DNA from: Octopus vulgaris
Taxonomy: Eukaryota
Length of the DNA: 64,000 nt
Reading direction: 5' to 3'
NCBI GenBank assembly: GCA_951406725.2
Contig: OX597826.1
Span: 26,474,001-26,538,000 of the forward strand
Made by a program: the position numbers and the translations under genes. The notes below the pieces were generated by a model that saw only the letters and a list, made by a program, of their open reading frames with translations, had not been told where the DNA came from and ran no database searches. Positions 46,991 to 60,312 of the stretch are shown piece after piece. Each line of letters opens with the position of its first letter. Positions within the stretch are counted from its first letter, which is position 1.

Positions 46991-48278
46991 TCAGGTTAAT
47001 TCTATTTTTAATTATACAAAATTACATTCGTCCAAATTTCTTCACATGTTTTTTTTTATATGTACATAAAATATCTTTGTTAGCATATCAAAGCAAACTG
47101 GAGATGCAGTAGGCTTTTCTATTGAGTTTCAATATATCGGAACATGCCTGTAACTGTTAAATTGCCAGCTAATATATGTGAAATAAAATACAATGAGAGC
47201 CGCTAAATTAGTTGACAAATATATTCATCACTCTTTGTCCCGTACTATGCGAGCTGTGGATGAGGAAGATCATGTCTCTTTTAAACTGATTAAAGACACT
47301 TACTAGTAGTTGTTTTTGTTGCCATAATACTTCAGTGAATTTAATTATAGCAGTTGCTAAATTAAACGGACTCGGTACAATGACTGGAGAAATTATACTT
47401 TCTTACATTGTCGGTGAAACAAAAGCCTTAGCAGTAGATAAGTAGATGCAATCATTTATTCATAACAATCGATCAAAACAAATACATCTGTTCCTATTTT
47501 CTGAATCTAACAATAAATCTTTTACAAGATTGCACAGCTTTTGATAATGCAACAGCAACTGTACATAAAGCAACATCACGGGTTTACACGAGACCCTTTC
47601 TAACTACTGAAGTTAGTAATGCCCGTGAAATATATTAACTTTTATAGTTTAAGAAAGCTCTTTCTTATAAAACCCCTCCGACTATTTCAACATTTCACGT
47701 TAGATTATATATGATCTCTTCGTTTTCCTAATTCAAATGTGTACTTGCCTTTTGCATATAATTCATCCTGGAATTGCTAATACTTTTACAAATGCTAGAG
47801 GCTTATTCGAATTTCGCGTATGTCACTTCTTAAATGACAAGGAAGACAAGGCTTCTACAAGCGATGTAGCTTGGTCTCCGAGGACGCTAGGAATATCAGA
47901 ATCTATCAGTTGCGAGAATTCGTCCGGTTAAAACTGATGTAGAAAATAAACCATATGCTATTTAAGGAGATTGTGAATAGATAAAAACAAGTTTACTTCC
48001 AGTAATACGCTTACACCTATATGATATAACATTAATATTACCAAATACAGTTAATCCTAGGGACCATCGACCAATGTGGAGAGCAACAAGAATTCCGGGA
48101 AGATAAATTTTAAAATTCAAAATTCAAGGTTAATATTTTGTAATTGTAATCTTTCGATTGGATGCATCATATTAATGTTATAATAAATTACCAAAGTGAA
48201 TTTGTAAATTGAAAACCATTATATTGTAAATATGACGAATAAAATAAAGAAATTCATTTAATATTTTTATATACTCGA

Positions 48279-48310
<32 letters not shown>

Positions 48311-49164
48311 CATATATATACATATAATTTATATGTAATATAGGATAAAGACACCTTCAGTCATGAATGACCATAGGATTGTACCGAGAAAGTTCCCTAC
48401 CGTAGTATATATTGTTGCAGGCGTTTGCTCAGAGAACTCACTGCTAGGAAGGACTCTGTCAAGTATCACGACCGGTCTTGGAAGAGTTCTTTCAATCCAA
48501 TGCCTTGAATTTATACTTCATTTGGCGATCGCGATCTTTGCTTTGAACTCAGATTTCAAAGATTATGGATAAATACTGCGTGGCTTTCTATTGAACACTG
48601 AACGATATTATCAATTCGCTGCCTTGTATTAATATACTGATGTGACACCTTTTATACGTAATTTACAGGAATTTTGGTTTTTAAATTTACTTTTCCTTTC
48701 CCCTTTCATTATGTAACAACCTGTACGTACACTGCTTTGCTGTGGGTGGATAGCAATAATTCCATAGCAGTGGCGCATTCACCTTGTAGCCGTTCGTGGT
48801 AACACAACATCATAATCAAAAATAAAAGTTTTACATTCCGTATGGCAGTTATCGTGACTCAAATATAAACAACCCTATCGTTGACTTGAAAGAAGATAAA
48901 GTTCAAATACGGTAGTTGTATACGTATCATAATTTTATATTTGCATAATTCATTCCACCATATTGCCAGTCTATTATATTTACGTTCACAGTGACAGAAA
49001 ATGTTCCGTACAAATCCATTTTACAATATCTCTCTATAAAAGAATGATGAAACAACTTAAATTTGCCTTACTCAACTATAAAACATACTTGTAAAATAGA
49101 GGTGAGTTTTATGCGACACCTCGTAATATACACCGGAAAATGCGGCATATATATAAGTAAATGC

Positions 49165-49260
<96 letters not shown>

Positions 49261-50049
49261 AGTATGCATGTGTATGTATCTTTATGTGGATATGTGTAAG
49301 TTAAAGATTTGAGTATTAGCTTGCTATCGTGAGTGTATGTGTAAATGCATTGTTCAAACTCTACACTGGTTTCTAGCGTTCTAAATAAGGCAGAGAAACA
49401 TTAAACTTTTTTCCATCGTCCATCCTATAATTATATCATAACATATTTTGTCTGTTGTATATAATGTTGTGGAAGAACTGTTTCAATACGCCATCGACTC
49501 CTAAACAGTGGATAGGCAATGAATGTCGTAGAATCTAAATGGATCGATATGTAGCTATAAATATTCAATTATTCTCAAATGAAAATCAATAATAGCTATT
49601 AAAATCGACAGATCAATATACGTTGTTATTGAAGGATTGCTAGTAAAAAAAATCAATGCATGGTTTGAGCCAAAATGGGAAAAACACAAGCTACTGAGTC
49701 ATTAAAATTTAAAGATCGATTCATAACTATTGAAGCGTGAATAAATCGAATCGATACACGTCTAGTGGGAAGTTTGTCAATTCCAATAAGAATAACAATA
49801 ACAAGCGACAAAATTAATCAATCAATGCAGAATCAATGATGCCTTAAGCTTGAGACATGACATTAAATCTTGTATATTAATAAAGCCTATACTACACTAA
49901 TTATACACATACACACGTAAATGCAGTATTTACGCACAAGCACACAAAATGGAAATTTGTTTGGTAGTTTGGTAGTACTCAATACATGACATGATATATA
50001 TATATATATATATATGCATCATTTTCATTTGAGAATAATTGAATGTGTA

Positions 50050-50101
<52 letters not shown>

Positions 50102-50105
50102 TATG

Positions 50106-50156
<51 letters not shown>

Positions 50157-50403
50157 GTATATATGTGTATAAATATATATATATAAATTGATAGATATGC
50201 ATGTATGCATGTATATATATATATATATAGCTTATTTATGTATCTATCTAATTTTTAGTGGGTAGAAAGTGACTCAAGGGCCGAGTGTTTCGTGCATGGT
50301 ACTTACAGATTTCTAGCGGTTATATACGAATTTCTCAGTCATTGAAGACGTTTACGTTTTGTAAATATCTGCCGTTTATAAATGATAACAGCGATAATAA
50401 TAA

Positions 50404-50670
50404 TGTGGCTGCTGATAGGAAAGAACAAGAAAAAACAATAGAAAAATACCAAAATTTGGCTAGGGGAATGCGAAAATCGTAAAGGATGTCTGAAAAATAA
50501 TCCAGTAGTTATAGCCGTCCTAGTTACCATTAGCAACAGACCTACTAGTGTTTCTTATCGAGATAGGGCGTAAGTGCGAGAGTTGCGTCAACAGAGAAAT
50601 ATATTCTATCATGAAGAGTAAAGATTGATCGGAAGGTGTTCGATATTTAAGGAATTTAGTTGCAATTCGC
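50404..50670 (+). mobile_element. Short RLE C-terminal fragment after a short (AAT)n
   Basis: EKTIEKYQNLARGMRK, IIPVVI-like and RKVFDI* segments resemble the C-terminus of the 52-54 kb element. Confidence 0.55.
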
Positions 50671-50724
50671 TATGAAGGACGTTGATTCCGAATGTAACAT
50701 TTGTGAATACCATTAGAAAAAAAT

Positions 50725-51485
50725 AACGGCATGATGCAATACATCTTATTTCTTTACTGCCCACAAGGGGCTAAACACAGAGAGGATAAACAAGGACAGA
50801 CAAACGGATTAAGTCGATTATATCGATCCAGTGCGTAACTGGTACTTATTTAATCTACCCCGAAAGGATGAAAGGCAAAGTCGACCTCAGCGGAATTTGA
50901 ACTCAGAACGTAGCGGCGGACGAAATACCGCTAAGCATTTCGCCCGGCATGCTAACGATTCTGCCAGCTCGCCGTCTTCTTGATGCAGTACCAAGCAATG
51001 GTTCTCATGGCTTATGATCTTAACTGATTGGATATTTCGTTTGGTGTAGAAGATAGGCTACGGCAAATATTCTGCTCGATACGGCAGATTTGCTTGTTAG
51101 TTGCTTGGCCTTAACCAGTCGATCTTACCTCTTTGTGACTGACTATATGTGCATCTCTGATCACGAGTAGGAGTAGTAGGAGAGCATCATAGCCATGTGT
51201 TGTGAGAGATTCTTTGGAGTTTGGATAATGTATCCCTGGAAATATGGGTCTTTCATTCATCGTTAAACAACCCTTATTCAGGGAAATTTTGATTGGGATG
51301 GGCTACTTGATCTGAAGAAAATTCTTACCGGACTCCAATTTCAAGGTCATACGCTGTTTATTTTGATATGGTATCATTATGTTGCGCACATATGGTTGTG
51401 ATGCATGTGCCTGGGCTACTCTTATGAGACAGGTGGTCATTCCAGCATCATTTTGATAGCATCTGTTGCTCATGTTCTCTCGCTC
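50725..51485. mobile_element. Older copy of the ~540 bp (AAT)n-embedded element, with a SINE inserted near its left end
   Basis: tgatgcagtacc...gatcttaactgattgga...ctctcgctc-(AAT)n matches 51575-52118. Confidence 0.7.
50745..50976 (-). mobile_element. SINE family B
   Basis: Reverse complement of 55683-55917; probable TSD tgatgca(a/g)tac at 50732-50742/50981-50991. Confidence 0.8.
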
Positions 51486-51498
51486 AATAATAATGATG

Positions 51499-51574
<76 letters not shown>

Positions 51575-51576
<2 letters not shown>

Positions 51577-52118
51577 GCCCTGATGCAGTACCATGCAGTG
51601 GCTCTCATGGCTTCTGATCTTAACTGATTGGAAGTGCTATCATGTACATTGTTTTGTATAAAAGATGGGCTACAGCAAATATTCTGCTCAATACCACAGA
51701 TTTGCTAGTCAGTTGTTTAACCTTAACCAGTTGACCATGTCCCTTGGTGGATGACGATATGTGCATCTCTGATCACGAGCAGAAGTAGTGGGGGAGCATC
51801 ATAGCCATGTGTTGAAAGCAATTCTTAGAGGTTTGGGTAATTCACCTTAGGAAACACGGGTGATTCGTTCAACGTCCTTAAACAATTCAGGGACCTTTTG
51901 AGCGGGATGGGCTACTCGACCAGAAGAAAATTCTAACTGGGCCCCACCTGCAAGGTCATGTGCTGTTTATCTTGATATGAGATCACCATGTCGCGCACAT
52001 ATGGTTGTGATGCATGTGTCTGGTGTACCCTTATCATACAGGTAGTCATGATGGGTATACTGGGCTTTGTATATTTTACCCCAGTGTCACTTTGATGGCA
52101 TGCACTGCTCTCTCACTC
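51575..52118. mobile_element. ~540 bp non-coding interspersed element embedded in (AAT)n
   Basis: Sharp boundaries with (AAT)n on both sides; collinear with a second copy at ~50725-51485. Confidence 0.75.
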
Positions 52119-52165
<47 letters not shown>

Positions 52166-52181
52166 TAATAATAATAATAAT

Positions 52182-54208
52182 ATATCACAAAGGCTGAACA
52201 AGCACCTGGACGAAAACAAACTGTTCCCAGAAGAGCAGAAAGGATGCCGCAAAGGCTCATATGGCTGTAAAGATCAACTAATGATTAATAAAGCCATAAC
52301 TAAAGACAGCCACAGAAAGAAGAAAGGCCTCAGTATGGCCTGGATTGACTACAAAAAGGCGTTTGAAAGCATCCCCCACACATGGATCCTCGAAACACTA
52401 GCCATTAACAAAGTAACACCAACAATCATAAAATTCATAGAGCACTCTATGAATAAATGGCAAACAGTCCTACACCTCCAAACAAAAGACGGACTCATGA
52501 AAACCAAAGACATCCCCATTAGAAGAGGAATATTCCAGGGAGACACGCTCTCTCCACTCCTTTTCTGCTTGGCACTGTCACCTCTATCTGATATGCTAAA
52601 TAGAACTGGATGCGGATATAAATGTTACGGGAAAACGATCAGCCACCTTTTATATATGGATGACCTAAAACTATACGCTGCAAATGACAAACAGCTGGAA
52701 ACACTATTAAAGACAGTTCATGGATTTACCAAAGAAATAGATATGAAATTTGGATTAGAAAAATGCGCCAAAGTAACCCTGAAAAGAGGAAAACTAGTTA
52801 AGAGTAACAACATCACACTAGATAAAACAAATGAAATAAAAGAATTAGACCAAAGCCAAACTTACAAATACTTAGGAATCCATGAACTAGATAAGACACA
52901 ACACACACAAATGAAAGAGAAAATAAAAAAAGAATATTATAGACGAGTTAGATCAATACTAAACACAGAGCTCAATGCTAAAAACAAGATAATAGGTATC
53001 AACACTTTAGCTGTCCCAGTTATAAGTTACAGCTACAATATCCTTAACTGGACACGAAATGAACTGACCAAAATAGATAGGAAAACAAGAAAAATAATGA
53101 CAGGATCTAGGATGCATCACCCAAAATCTGACATAGAAAGACTATATATACAACGTATAGAAGGTGGTAGAGGCCTTATACAGCTGGAAAACTACTATAA
53201 AATAACCACCATAGGACTGCAAAAATATCTACTTCAGAAGGAAGGAAAACTGATCCAGATAGCGGCAAAACACGAGCAAAACAAAAAACTGTTCTCAGTA
53301 TTTAAGGAAGCTGACAAATACAAACAAGAAATCATACCACCGAATAAACATGAAGAAGAAGAAGATGAAGAAACAACAAAAGCTATAAAACAAATGAAAT
53401 CCAAACTAAAAATAGAACAGCAACGAACCATGATAAAACGATGGCAAGAAAAACCCCTTCATGGTAAATACTGGACTAAACTAAACGCAAAAGAAATAGA
53501 CAAAGAAAAATCCCAGCAATGGTTGAGAAGCTCAGGACTCAAAGCAGAAACAGAGGGATTTTTAATTGCAGCACAAGACCAAAGCCTCCCCACCAGAAAT
53601 TACCAAAAACATGTAATAAAAAGAAATATTACAAGTAACTGCAGAATATGTGGAGATGGACAAGAAACAATAAATCATATTATCTCTAGCTGCCCAGTCT
53701 TGGCTAAGAAGGAATATATTCAGAGACATGACAGAGTTGGAACCTACATACATTGGAAGCTATGCCAACATTATGGAATAACAACAGAAAAAAGATGGTA
53801 TAGGCACACACCAGAAAAGGTCACAGAAAACGAGAAAGCAACCATACTCTGGGATATGCCGATACACACAGATAGAGAAATTAAGGCCAACAGACCAGAT
53901 ATAGTTGTCAGAGATCATGAAAAAAAAAATGCTTTCTAATTGATGTATCAATACCGGCTGATGACAACGTGTCTCTAACAGAAATGGAGAAACTCTCAAA
54001 ATACAAAGACCTGGAAATAGAGGTAACTAGAATGTGGAATCTGAAAACAGAAACAATTCCTATCATAGTAGGTGCATTAGGCATGATAAAAAAATATTCA
54101 GACAAATACATAACAAAAACACCAGGACTTACAAACACATATAACATACAGAAAATTGCACTACTAGGCACTGCACACATCCTACGCAGAACACTTTCCA
54201 TACAATAA
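52182..54208 (+). pseudogene. RT/RLE polyprotein, N-terminally truncated, single frameshift in the A10 run at 53920-53929
   Basis: About 580 uninterrupted codons, then a frame change that rejoins ORF 53969-54208. The ORF-track start at 52014 is upstream non-coding sequence plus AAT repeat. Confidence 0.88.
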
Positions 54209-54302
54209 CCATCAGAGCATCACAACAAATCACAGCACATACCCAAGGCACACAGAGCTGTGCTCGGTAGTGAAGTGAAAGAACGCTATAAAAATAAAAC
54301 TA

Positions 54303-54305
<3 letters not shown>
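52182..54305 (+). mobile_element. 5'-truncated non-LTR retrotransposon with RT, CCHC zinc knuckle and restriction-like endonuclease (R4/Dong-like), inserted in (AAT)n
   Basis: ORF 52014-53939 has RT motifs (EEQKGCRKG, WIDYKKAFESIPH, GIFQGDTLSPLLF, HLLYMDDLKL, KYLG), CRICGDGQETINHIISSC, RHD and RPDIV. After a frameshift it continues LIDVSIP...EKLSKYKDL...LRRTLSIQ* (54208). A ~97 nt 3' UTR follows. (AAT)n lies on both sides. Confidence 0.93.
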
Positions 54306-54394
<89 letters not shown>

Positions 54395-54396
<2 letters not shown>

Positions 54397-55505
54397 GAAA
54401 GACAAGGTCATTATTGCATATTTGAAGCGCCTCAAACCTCTCTTGAAATCAAAATTCAACTCAAAGAACCGCGTGACTGGCACCAGCGTTTGAACTGTTG
54501 CTGTAGCCCGCTACAGTGCACTACAATGACAATGCATGGGGCCCTCCACCCTAATGCGAACGTACGCAGACTTTACATGAAGAGGTATAAGGGTCGATGT
54601 GTGTTGATTAGCATACGGAAGTGCATCAAGAGTGAAAAAAGAAACATGGCGGAATCTTTGGTAAACAGTAAACAAGACCTGCTACAGTCTGCTGCTAATG
54701 CAGAAGGATTTACAAAAAAAAATGGAATTGAGAGTGCTTATGAATTCCGATCACTAATAGCCAGCGAGTGAGAAGAAACCCTACTCCGTATGGAATTACA
54801 TGGTCAGTTCCACAGTGAAACTAACTTAAAAGATCAGGAAGCATCATGTAGGTGGCTCAGTAAGGATGACCTAAAAGAGAAAACTGTAAGCTTAATCCTC
54901 GCTGCTCAGGACCAGACATTGAACAGTAACTCAGTGAAAAGAGATATATGACACACAAGTGCAATGAACCTTTGCAGAATGTGCGGAAAGAGGGTCGAAA
55001 GCGTGACACGTTGTTAGGGCCTGTGAAAGTCTTGCATATAAAAAGTATAAACACAGACACCGCAAGGTAGGCCAAAACCTTCACTGGCTACTATTCCGGA
55101 AGTATGGATACGAGGTAAAGCGTGTTTGGTACCAACATACACCGGAAAAGGTAATGAACGAAGAGGAGGAGGCAAAATCGAAAGCCTGATATGGTAACCA
55201 TTAAGAGCTACAAACAAGAGGGCCTAATAACTGACGTGGCAGTGCCAGGGGATCAACATATTATCATGAAAGAAAAAGAAAAGATTAATAAATATGGAAA
55301 CCTGTAAACTGTGATCACCAAGATGTGACAGCTACGAGAGTCAAACATAAAGTTTGTCCCTATTGTCCATTGGAGCATTAGTTTCAATACCACCCAACCT
55401 GAAAACATCTGGAAACTTTAGAAATGCCCTACAATCGAGGTGTATTGCAAAAATCGGCATTACTTGGAACTGCACGCATATTGCGTAAAGTATTGTCTGT
55501 CTGAC
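54395..55505 (+). mobile_element. Older, decayed RLE-type non-LTR retrotransposon fragment (thumb, CCHC, endonuclease)
   Basis: Translations MKDKVIIAYLKRLKPLLKSKFNSKN, MHGALHPNANVRRLYMKR, CRMCGKRVES and LQKSALLGTARILRKVLSV* are collinear with the upstream element. Many stops and frameshifts. Starts directly after (AAT)n. Confidence 0.85.
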
Positions 55506-55594
55506 ACAATATCTCAATCAACGACATCGCGATATTGGATATTGAGCGGCGTCTTAAATGATAATATCTATTGATATCAACATAGGTTGTAATA

Positions 55595-56140
55595 GAAAAT
55601 GAAAAGTTACAAGATCTTTTGGGATTTCTCTATAATGACGGAACACACAACTGATGCAGGTATACCGGATATGGTATACCTGCTTGGCGAGCTTGGCAGA
55701 AACGTTAGCACGCCGGGCGAAATGCTTAGCGGTATTTCGTCTGCCGCTACGTTCTGAGTTCAAATTCCACCGAGGTCGACTTTGCCTTTCATCCTTTCGG
55801 GGTAGATTAAATAAGTACCAGTTACGCACTGGGGTCGATATAATCGACTGAATCCGTTTGTCTGTCCTTGTTTGTCCCCTCTGTGTGTAGCCCCTTGTGG
55901 GCAGTAAAGAAATAGGTATACCAGATATGATCATAAAAGACAAAATAAATAAACGGTGTAAGATCAAAGATTTTTCAATCGCTTCAAATAATAGAGCTGA
56001 TACTATGAAGTTGGAAAACCTGTTAAATATCAGGATCCAGCCAAAGAAATGAGAAGATTGTGGAAGACAATGACAATTACTTTTCCTGTAGTAATTGGTG
56101 CAATTGGAGCAACACCCAAAATTCGATGTAAAAGACTGAA
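55595..56140 (+). mobile_element. RLE endonuclease-domain fragment interrupted by a SINE
   Basis: KIFWDFSIMTEH...PDM before the SINE; PDMIIKDK...EMRRLWKTMTITFPVVIGAIGATPK after it. Confidence 0.7.
55683..55917 (+). mobile_element. SINE family B, young copy
   Basis: ggcgagc(t)tggcagaaacgttagcacg...gagttcaaattcc (B-box)...gcctttcatcctttcggggt...gtaaagaaatag; probable TSD aggtatacc(g/a)gatatg at 55658-55673/55914-55929. Confidence 0.8.
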
Positions 56141-56936
56141 AGCTTCAGCTCTGCCTAAGAGCACGAATTATGTTAGGTCTGTCATAAAACCGGAGTAATT
56201 GTTTTCCATAATGCACATTGTAACTAAGATCAGAACATTTTCTTTTGGACGTGACGCCGCTTCGTCTCAGAATTAACCCCGCAGCATTAAACCCGCATTT
56301 AACTTCTGAATTTGAAATGAAGAATTTTTTCTCAGGAGCACTGTGCACTGCGGAGTCTTGGAGATCGAAACCGCAATCGCCAGATCATAGATACAATACA
56401 CTAACTGTCAGATCACGCGCATTTATTTGTAACATGTAACAATATAAATTTCTCTCTATTTACTATGTAAAAAAAACAAACTAGTCCATTAAACGATGTT
56501 CTATAAGCGGTGGGGAGCCACAACTACCCTCGTGATAGTTATTTATTGATGCTTGCAATCTCAGTTTCTATAAAATATTAGAAATTGTAGAGATTTTCAT
56601 GTAATTCTAATAGTTTATTTAATTACAATTCCTGTAAAATGCAGCAAATACATTTTCGAGTGATTACTTGATATTTCAAAACATGGACGACGCTCTTAAA
56701 TGTGAAATGCTCCTGTGTTTTTCCCTTCGTTCACATTTCATTGCATACCAAGTATTTTAATATTTTAGTATATATTTTAGTATCGATGCGTCAGGGAGAT
56801 TGCATATTTATTTATCTATTATTTACATATATATTTATATGTTTATTTATTGATTTATATATTCATTTAATATTTTACATGAAAATCAAACATTAGTGTT
56901 CACTTATTCACGCTGTCTCTCTTAATCTGCCTTTTC

Positions 56937-57008
<72 letters not shown>

Positions 57009-57012
57009 GTCA

Positions 57013-57044
<32 letters not shown>

Positions 57045-57166
57045 GTCTATCTATCTGTCTCTCCACCTACATAACTATCTGTTATGTCCTTACTTCACTC
57101 TTCCTCTGTGCCTTTTTCTTTTCTACTCTACTTTTTACGTTGTGCATATTTCTACATATTTCTACG

Positions 57167-57218
<52 letters not shown>

Positions 57219-57477
57219 TATGTAGGTATGTATATATATATACATATGAATGCATATATAAAGAGAAAAAGAGGGGTATACATTATACAATCATACACGC
57301 TCGCTCATATATTGTTATAAAGAAAATAACATATACGGGGAGTACAATTGTGTGTTTGTATATGTATATGTGTATGTATGTATGAATGTATGTATGAATG
57401 TATGTATGTATCTATGTATGTATATATATGTATATATATATATGTATACATACACACCATACACACATACATACATA

Positions 57478-57525
<48 letters not shown>

Positions 57526-58251
57526 TTTACATACCTATATATACACATATACGATTGTATACATACATATACGTGCACATGTTTGTGTCTCTACATAAAT
57601 ATACATACATGCATATATATGCACCCACACATATTCTTATAAGTAGTACGCCCAAGTATGTATATTTATACTTAAACAAGACAATATGAATTATGTGTAT
57701 GGTATCCATTTAAATTTTACTGCATTGGGGGAAATGTTGTTGGTGGCTAACGATCAATAGGGTCGTAGATGTGATTTGGCAGTCACGCTGGCTAAACGCA
57801 ATCCACAGCAACTGTCTAAATCTGAATTGGTAGCGAAATATCAAGATAATGTTATATCTAGCAAGTGAAGCGTACATACAATATAGAAGAGCATATTATA
57901 TCGCCCGTTATCTCACTGCCTGCTTACCCGCACACCACATGTCAATATATGCGTATAATATACGCATATAATATACTTTCGAAGGCTCATAGACAAGACG
58001 TGTAGAGAAATGTTTTGTTCGAAACACACGCATGCATATTAAGCACACTGTGAGACAACCATACCCACACACAAGACAAAACACACACACACATATTTGT
58101 ACGCCTATGAACACGTCAGAGAGGTACTGGCGACAGACACATCGACGCATACATGCATATATATACACGGGTGTAATGTAAGATAAAGTGGAATACACAT
58201 GCATACACAAATGTGTTTGCACGTAAATACATTTACGTATATATGTATATA

Positions 58252-58308
<57 letters not shown>

Positions 58309-58852
58309 GTATATGCTGGGGTGTTCTGAAATGTGAATATATGTATGCATATATATATATGAATGTTTTTCCTTTCCTTCAAACAATGTATCTATCTACG
58401 TGTATGTGTGTATTTGTGTGCGTTGAATAAATGAGAAAATTGGTGTGACATGTATTGTGTACATATATTCTCACAAATGCTGCACGTCACAAGACATTCG
58501 CATGCATTACCACGTACACGCATACGTAGATGAATAGATGAATAGATGCATACATACATATATACATTCATACATAAATGCATATATACTTACACACACA
58601 TACACACACACATATATATATAGAAATATATACATACATGAACACACACACATGTGTGATTTTAGGATATGTATATAAATTCATATCTATAAATGCATAT
58701 GTAGGTGAGTGTGTATGTCTGCGTGCGTATATATACATACACATAGAGGTGAGCGTGCATACACACACATACACAAACACACACAGAGAAACATTAATAT
58801 ATATAAACATATATACATATACATGCGTACATATACATATATATTATAAAAG

Positions 58853-58926
<74 letters not shown>

Positions 58927-59003
58927 GGGGAAACGATACGTAGCTGTATGGTAAGATACTTGCCTCCCAACCACATGGTCTGGGTTCATTCCCTTTGCGA
59001 CTG

Positions 59004-59054
<51 letters not shown>

Positions 59055-59240
59055 TAACAATGAGGGTCTTTGCAACAGGTTGCTAGACCACATACAGAAA
59101 GCATTAGAAATAGCAGCCAGACGACTGTTATTTCTTTTACTACAATAATAAGTGTCCCACAGACAAACGGTATTTGTAACTCACTATGGCAAAAAAAAAA
59201 ACAACGAAGAAAAACAACGAAATCAAACAGTGTCCGGTCA

Positions 59241-59300
59241 ATTATGGACGCATACGTTTCTGGATTAGAATCAGGGATTCATTTCCTTCATCAACATAAT
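59241..59300 (-). ncRNA. Type I hammerhead-like ribozyme (inverted copy)
   Basis: Reverse complement of the motif at 59647-59704, with stem III ACG-tatg-CGT and a GTC site. Confidence 0.7.
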
Positions 59301-59646
59301 ATTCCGATAAATAAATCTAGAAATGCTAGGAAATCTTACCCTCCATATTCCGAACATGCGAAATCGGGGCATACAGAAGCTAATCAGCATATCCACATTT
59401 ATATAGACAAGTGAATTCGTATCTCCCTCCAGAATTTCTCCCACGTGAGTCACAAATAATACTGCCGAAAATGAATTCGTAGTTCCGTCATATGGGGAGT
59501 AAAATAATCAATACAGATAAAGGGTGAAATATAATTCATTTAATGAAATCAACAAATTTCACCAAGTAGTTTTTCGGTATGGAAAAGGACCATATTCGGT
59601 ATGGAGGGTAAGATTTCCTAGCATTTCTAGATTTATTTATCGGAAT

Positions 59647-59704
59647 ATTATGTTGATGAAGGAAATGAATCCCTGATTCTAATCCAGAAACGTGCGTCCA
59701 TAAT
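59647..59704 (+). ncRNA. Type I hammerhead-like ribozyme (variant core)
   Basis: Stem I ATTATG/CATAAT; core TTGATGA plus A; stem II GGA-aat-GAATC-cct-GATTC-taa-TCC; A-GAAA; stem III ACG-tg-CGT; GTC site at 59698. Confidence 0.7.
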
Positions 59705-60238
59705 TGACCGGACACTGTTTGATTTCGTTATTTTTCTTCGTTTTTTTGCCATAGTGAGTTACAAATACTGTTGTCTGTGGGACATATTTTTGTAGTAAAA
59801 GAAATAACAGTCGTCTGGCTGCTATTTCTAATACTTTCGGTATGTGGTCTAGCAACCTGTTGCAAAGACCCTCATTGTTATAATCATATATAATTTTACC
59901 GAATATGGTCCTTTTCCATACCGAAAAACTACTTGGTGAAATTTGTTGATTTTATTAAATTAATTATATTTCACCCTTTATCTGTATACATGTGATACCT
60001 ACAATCACTACAGTAACATATATAGCTTAAACATAGAAAGAAGTCACTATTTTCCTATCATCGTAATCGTTTGTATGGTCTTATCTCTTCTTGTACCCTA
60101 TTTCTATCATCTATACTAAGCATCGCATTCAACATTTCAGATAATTTTGAATCTCAGAACATAGTCCTTCCGTAACGCATCCTCTCTCTGTTTTCGCTAG
60201 AAGCATTAAGTAACAAAATTTAAACTGATCACCAAGGG

Positions 60239-60312
60239 CACCATCTTTACCATTCTGAACTGAGCTTGCTAAAGCCACCATCATTACCACTCTGAAATGA
60301 GTTTGCTAAAGC
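60239..60312 (+). repeat. 37 bp tandem duplication
   Basis: caccatc(t/a)ttacca(t/c)tctgaa(c/a)tgag(c/t)ttgctaaagc occurs twice. Confidence 0.85.

Larger units (their letters stand above)
59051..59987. mobile_element. Hammerhead-bearing inverted/permuted element, copy 3
   Basis: Inverted pairs ~59051-59348/59600-59884 and ~59512-59601/59897-59987; left flank is (AT)n. Confidence 0.8.

Noticed and set aside
52014-52181. Apparent N-terminus of the 641 aa ORF
   Set aside because: Read-through from the upstream non-coding element and the AAT repeat; the retroelement is 5'-truncated.
60239-60312. CRISPR-like 37 bp repeat
   Set aside because: Only two adjacent copies with no spacer, in eukaryotic DNA.
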